Source: Lysobacterales bacterium (GTDB lineage: Bacteria > Pseudomonadota > Gammaproteobacteria > Xanthomonadales > SZUA-5). Taken from it: a stretch of 64,000 nt of DNA. The notes under the pieces are model-generated. The model searched no databases and was not told the DNA's origin. It worked only from the letters and a program-made list of their open reading frames with translations. Positions 62,427 to 64,000 of this stretch are shown in pieces (position 1 is the first letter of the stretch; the number at the start of each line of letters is the position of its first letter). The translations under genes and the position numbers were made by a program. The stretch covers positions 58,028 to 122,027 of the forward strand of contig JALHMH010000011.1 of the NCBI GenBank assembly GCA_022844165.1, in the 5' to 3' direction.

Positions 62427-62471
62427 CGGGCTGTTGTGCGTCCGTTCCAAGCTGCGCGGCTGGCATGATGG

Positions 62472-62583
62472 TGAGAAAGTGCTTTCCTGTACTTTCTCAA
62501 CGGTCGCGAGTCCGGCGCACGTCCGGACTCGCTCTACATGCATCAAGCATGCTCGATTCATAAGCGAACCATCCGTGGTTCGC
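62472..62583. repeat. cluster of three hairpins including a GTAG-type REP-like palindrome
   Basis: TGAGAAAGT/ACTTTCTCA; GCGAGTCCGG/CCGGACTCGC followed by TCTAC (GTAGA on the minus strand); GCGAACCA/TGGTTCGC. Confidence 0.6.
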
Positions 62584-62588
62584 GCTAG

Positions 62589-63883
62589 CACGCTGTTGAG
62601 AAAGACCCATGCGCGAAGTATACTATAAACATCTGATTTGATTGATTTTTCCGATGCGATCTCGCGATGTTCAGCAGCTCGGTGTTTTCTCGTATGTCTC
62701 AGTGGAGGAGCGCATTCCGCAGAATCACCCGATTCGGAACCTGCGGCGCATGGTGGATTTGGTGTTGAAGGAACTCGATCAGACGCTGGATTCGCGCTAC
62801 TCGCCGATCGGTCGGCCTTCGATCCCGCCCGAGCGCCTGCTTCGCGCGCTGGTGCTGCAGGTCGTGTATAGCGTGCGCAGCGAGCGGCAGTTGATGGAGC
62901 AGGTGGATTACAACCTCGCATTTCGCTGGTTCATCGGGCTCAATGTCGACGATCCGGTGTGGGACCACAGCACGTTTTCGTTCAATCGCGAGCGGCTGTT
63001 CGATGCCGAGATTGCGCAACGTTTTTTCGAGCACACGGTGTTGCTGGCGGAGATCACGGGCCTGGCCAGCGATGAGCACTTTTCGGTGGATGGCACGTTG
63101 TTGAAAGCCTGGGCGTCGCAGAAGAGTTTTCGCTGCAAGGATGGCAAGGACGATGGCGACGGCAGCGACTTTCGACGCTCGGAGCGGCGTAATGACACGC
63201 ATGGCTCGACCACCGATCCGGACGCCCGGCTGATGCGAAAAGGCCAGGGCAAGGAAGCCAAGCTGAGCTATCAGGCGAGTGTGCTGATGGAGCATCGCAA
63301 TGGCTTGATCGTTAGCGTCGACGTGCGCCGCGCGACGGGCACTGCGGAGCGCGATGCGGCGCTGGAGATGTTGGATCGGCGCGATACGATCAAGGACGGC
63401 ACGACGCTGGCGGGCGACAAGGGATACGACACGACGGCGTTCGTCGAAGGCTTAGAGAAGCGCGGCGTCAAAGCGCATATTGCACGCAACACCGGTGGCG
63501 GTAGACGCAGCACTATTGGAGCCGACGTCGCCGCAACAGATGGGTATCGAAAGAGCCAGGAGCTGCGCAAGCGGATCGAGCAGAGCTTTGGCTGGACCAA
63601 GACCATCGGCATGCTGGGACAACTGCCGGTGGTCGGCATCAAAGCCGTCCGCGCGCTGACGACCTTCAATTTCGCCATGTACAACCTGATTCGAATGGGC
63701 GGCATTGCCAACTGGTGGGACCCGTCGCCGACGTGAGCGCACGACCGATGGGGAACGTGTGCTTGAAGCTTGGAAAACCAACCAAAAAGAGGGCAAACCG
63801 CGAGGCACGCACAGCTTTAAGTCGAAAATTTGAATTCGGAAACGAACATCTGCGGGCCTGAAGGGGTTCTTCTCAACAACCTG
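62589..63883 (+). mobile_element. IS5/IS1182-like insertion sequence (~1.3 kb)
   Basis: Imperfect terminal inverted repeats CACGCTGTTGAGAA / TTCTCAACAACCTG, flanked on both sides by CTAG. Confidence 0.9.
62654..63736 (+). CDS. IS5/IS1182-like DDE transposase
   Basis: GRPSIPPERLLRAL, SERQLMEQ, FSVDGT, TTDPDARL, GDKGYD, RKRIEQSFG; ORF intact. Confidence 0.93.
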   Translation: MRSRDVQQLGVFSYVSVEERIPQNHPIRNLRRMVDLVLKELDQTLDSRYSPIGRPSIPPERLLRALVLQVVYSVRSERQLMEQVDYNLAFRWFIGLNVDDPVWDHSTFSFNRERLFDAEIAQRFFEHTVLLAEITGLASDEHFSVDGTLLKAWASQKSFRCKDGKDDGDGSDFRRSERRNDTHGSTTDPDARLMRKGQGKEAKLSYQASVLMEHRNGLIVSVDVRRATGTAERDAALEMLDRRDTIKDGTTLAGDKGYDTTAFVEGLEKRGVKAHIARNTGGGRRSTIGADVAATDGYRKSQELRKRIEQSFGWTKTIGMLGQLPVVGIKAVRALTTFNFAMYNLIRMGGIANWWDPSPT

Positions 63884-63886
63884 CTA

Positions 63887-64000
63887 GTGTGGTGTCCCAA
63901 AAATAACTACCATTAAATAGTAATCAATTTCCCTGCCGCACGAGCTACCGCTTCGATGATCGCATCGGCGCTCTTGCGCCAGATGAAGGGCTTGGGATTG
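63887..64000 (-). mobile_element. right end of an IS630-family element (partial)
   Basis: Minus strand ends ...TTATTTTGGGACACCACAC-TAG just after the transposase stop. Confidence 0.75.
63913..63999 (-). CDS. IS630 transposase C-terminus (partial)
   Basis: NPKPFIWRKSADAIIEAVARAAGKLITI* matches the IS630 'PKPFxWxxxADxI' tail. Confidence 0.8.
   Translation of the reverse strand, partial: NPKPFIWRKSADAIIEAVARAAGKLITI

Noticed and set aside
62427-62588. Hairpins as integron attC sites
   Set aside because: No convincing RYYYAAC...GTTRRRY boxes, no cassette array and no integrase

Overview
GC-rich chromosomal window from a gammaproteobacterium. Gene content and order (rplU-rpmA-obgE, gcvR/dapA-bamC-like-fdxA-tRNA-Glu-pcnB-folK-panBC, mreBCD-mrdA-rodA, rmlBACD, gpmI-envC) and the secreted-protein families point to Xanthomonadales/Lysobacterales (inference). 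It is mostly core genome: about 57 CDS and two tRNAs (Arg-CCT, Glu-CTC), interleaved with accessory signalling and secreted proteins. It ends in an IS5/IS1182-like element abutting the end of an IS630 at a shared CTAG beside REP-like hairpins. No CRISPR array, rRNA or prophage was seen, and no single large novel system is evident. Best leads: (1) a ~110-bp structured dispersed repeat in 3 copies, two forming an inverted pair, one of which probably encodes the start of an S8 protease signal peptide; (2) a consensus sigma-54 promoter driving an unannotated 45-aa ORF plus a beta-solenoid secreted protein; (3) a stand-alone FHA protein with a TxxI tail (possible GarA-like switch) next to a wax-ester/TAG synthase; (4) a CpcT/CpeT-like lipoprotein behind lipBA; (5) thiS overlapping a diguanylate cyclase; (6) an orphan PdsR. 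All calls come from reading motifs by eye; no database search was run.
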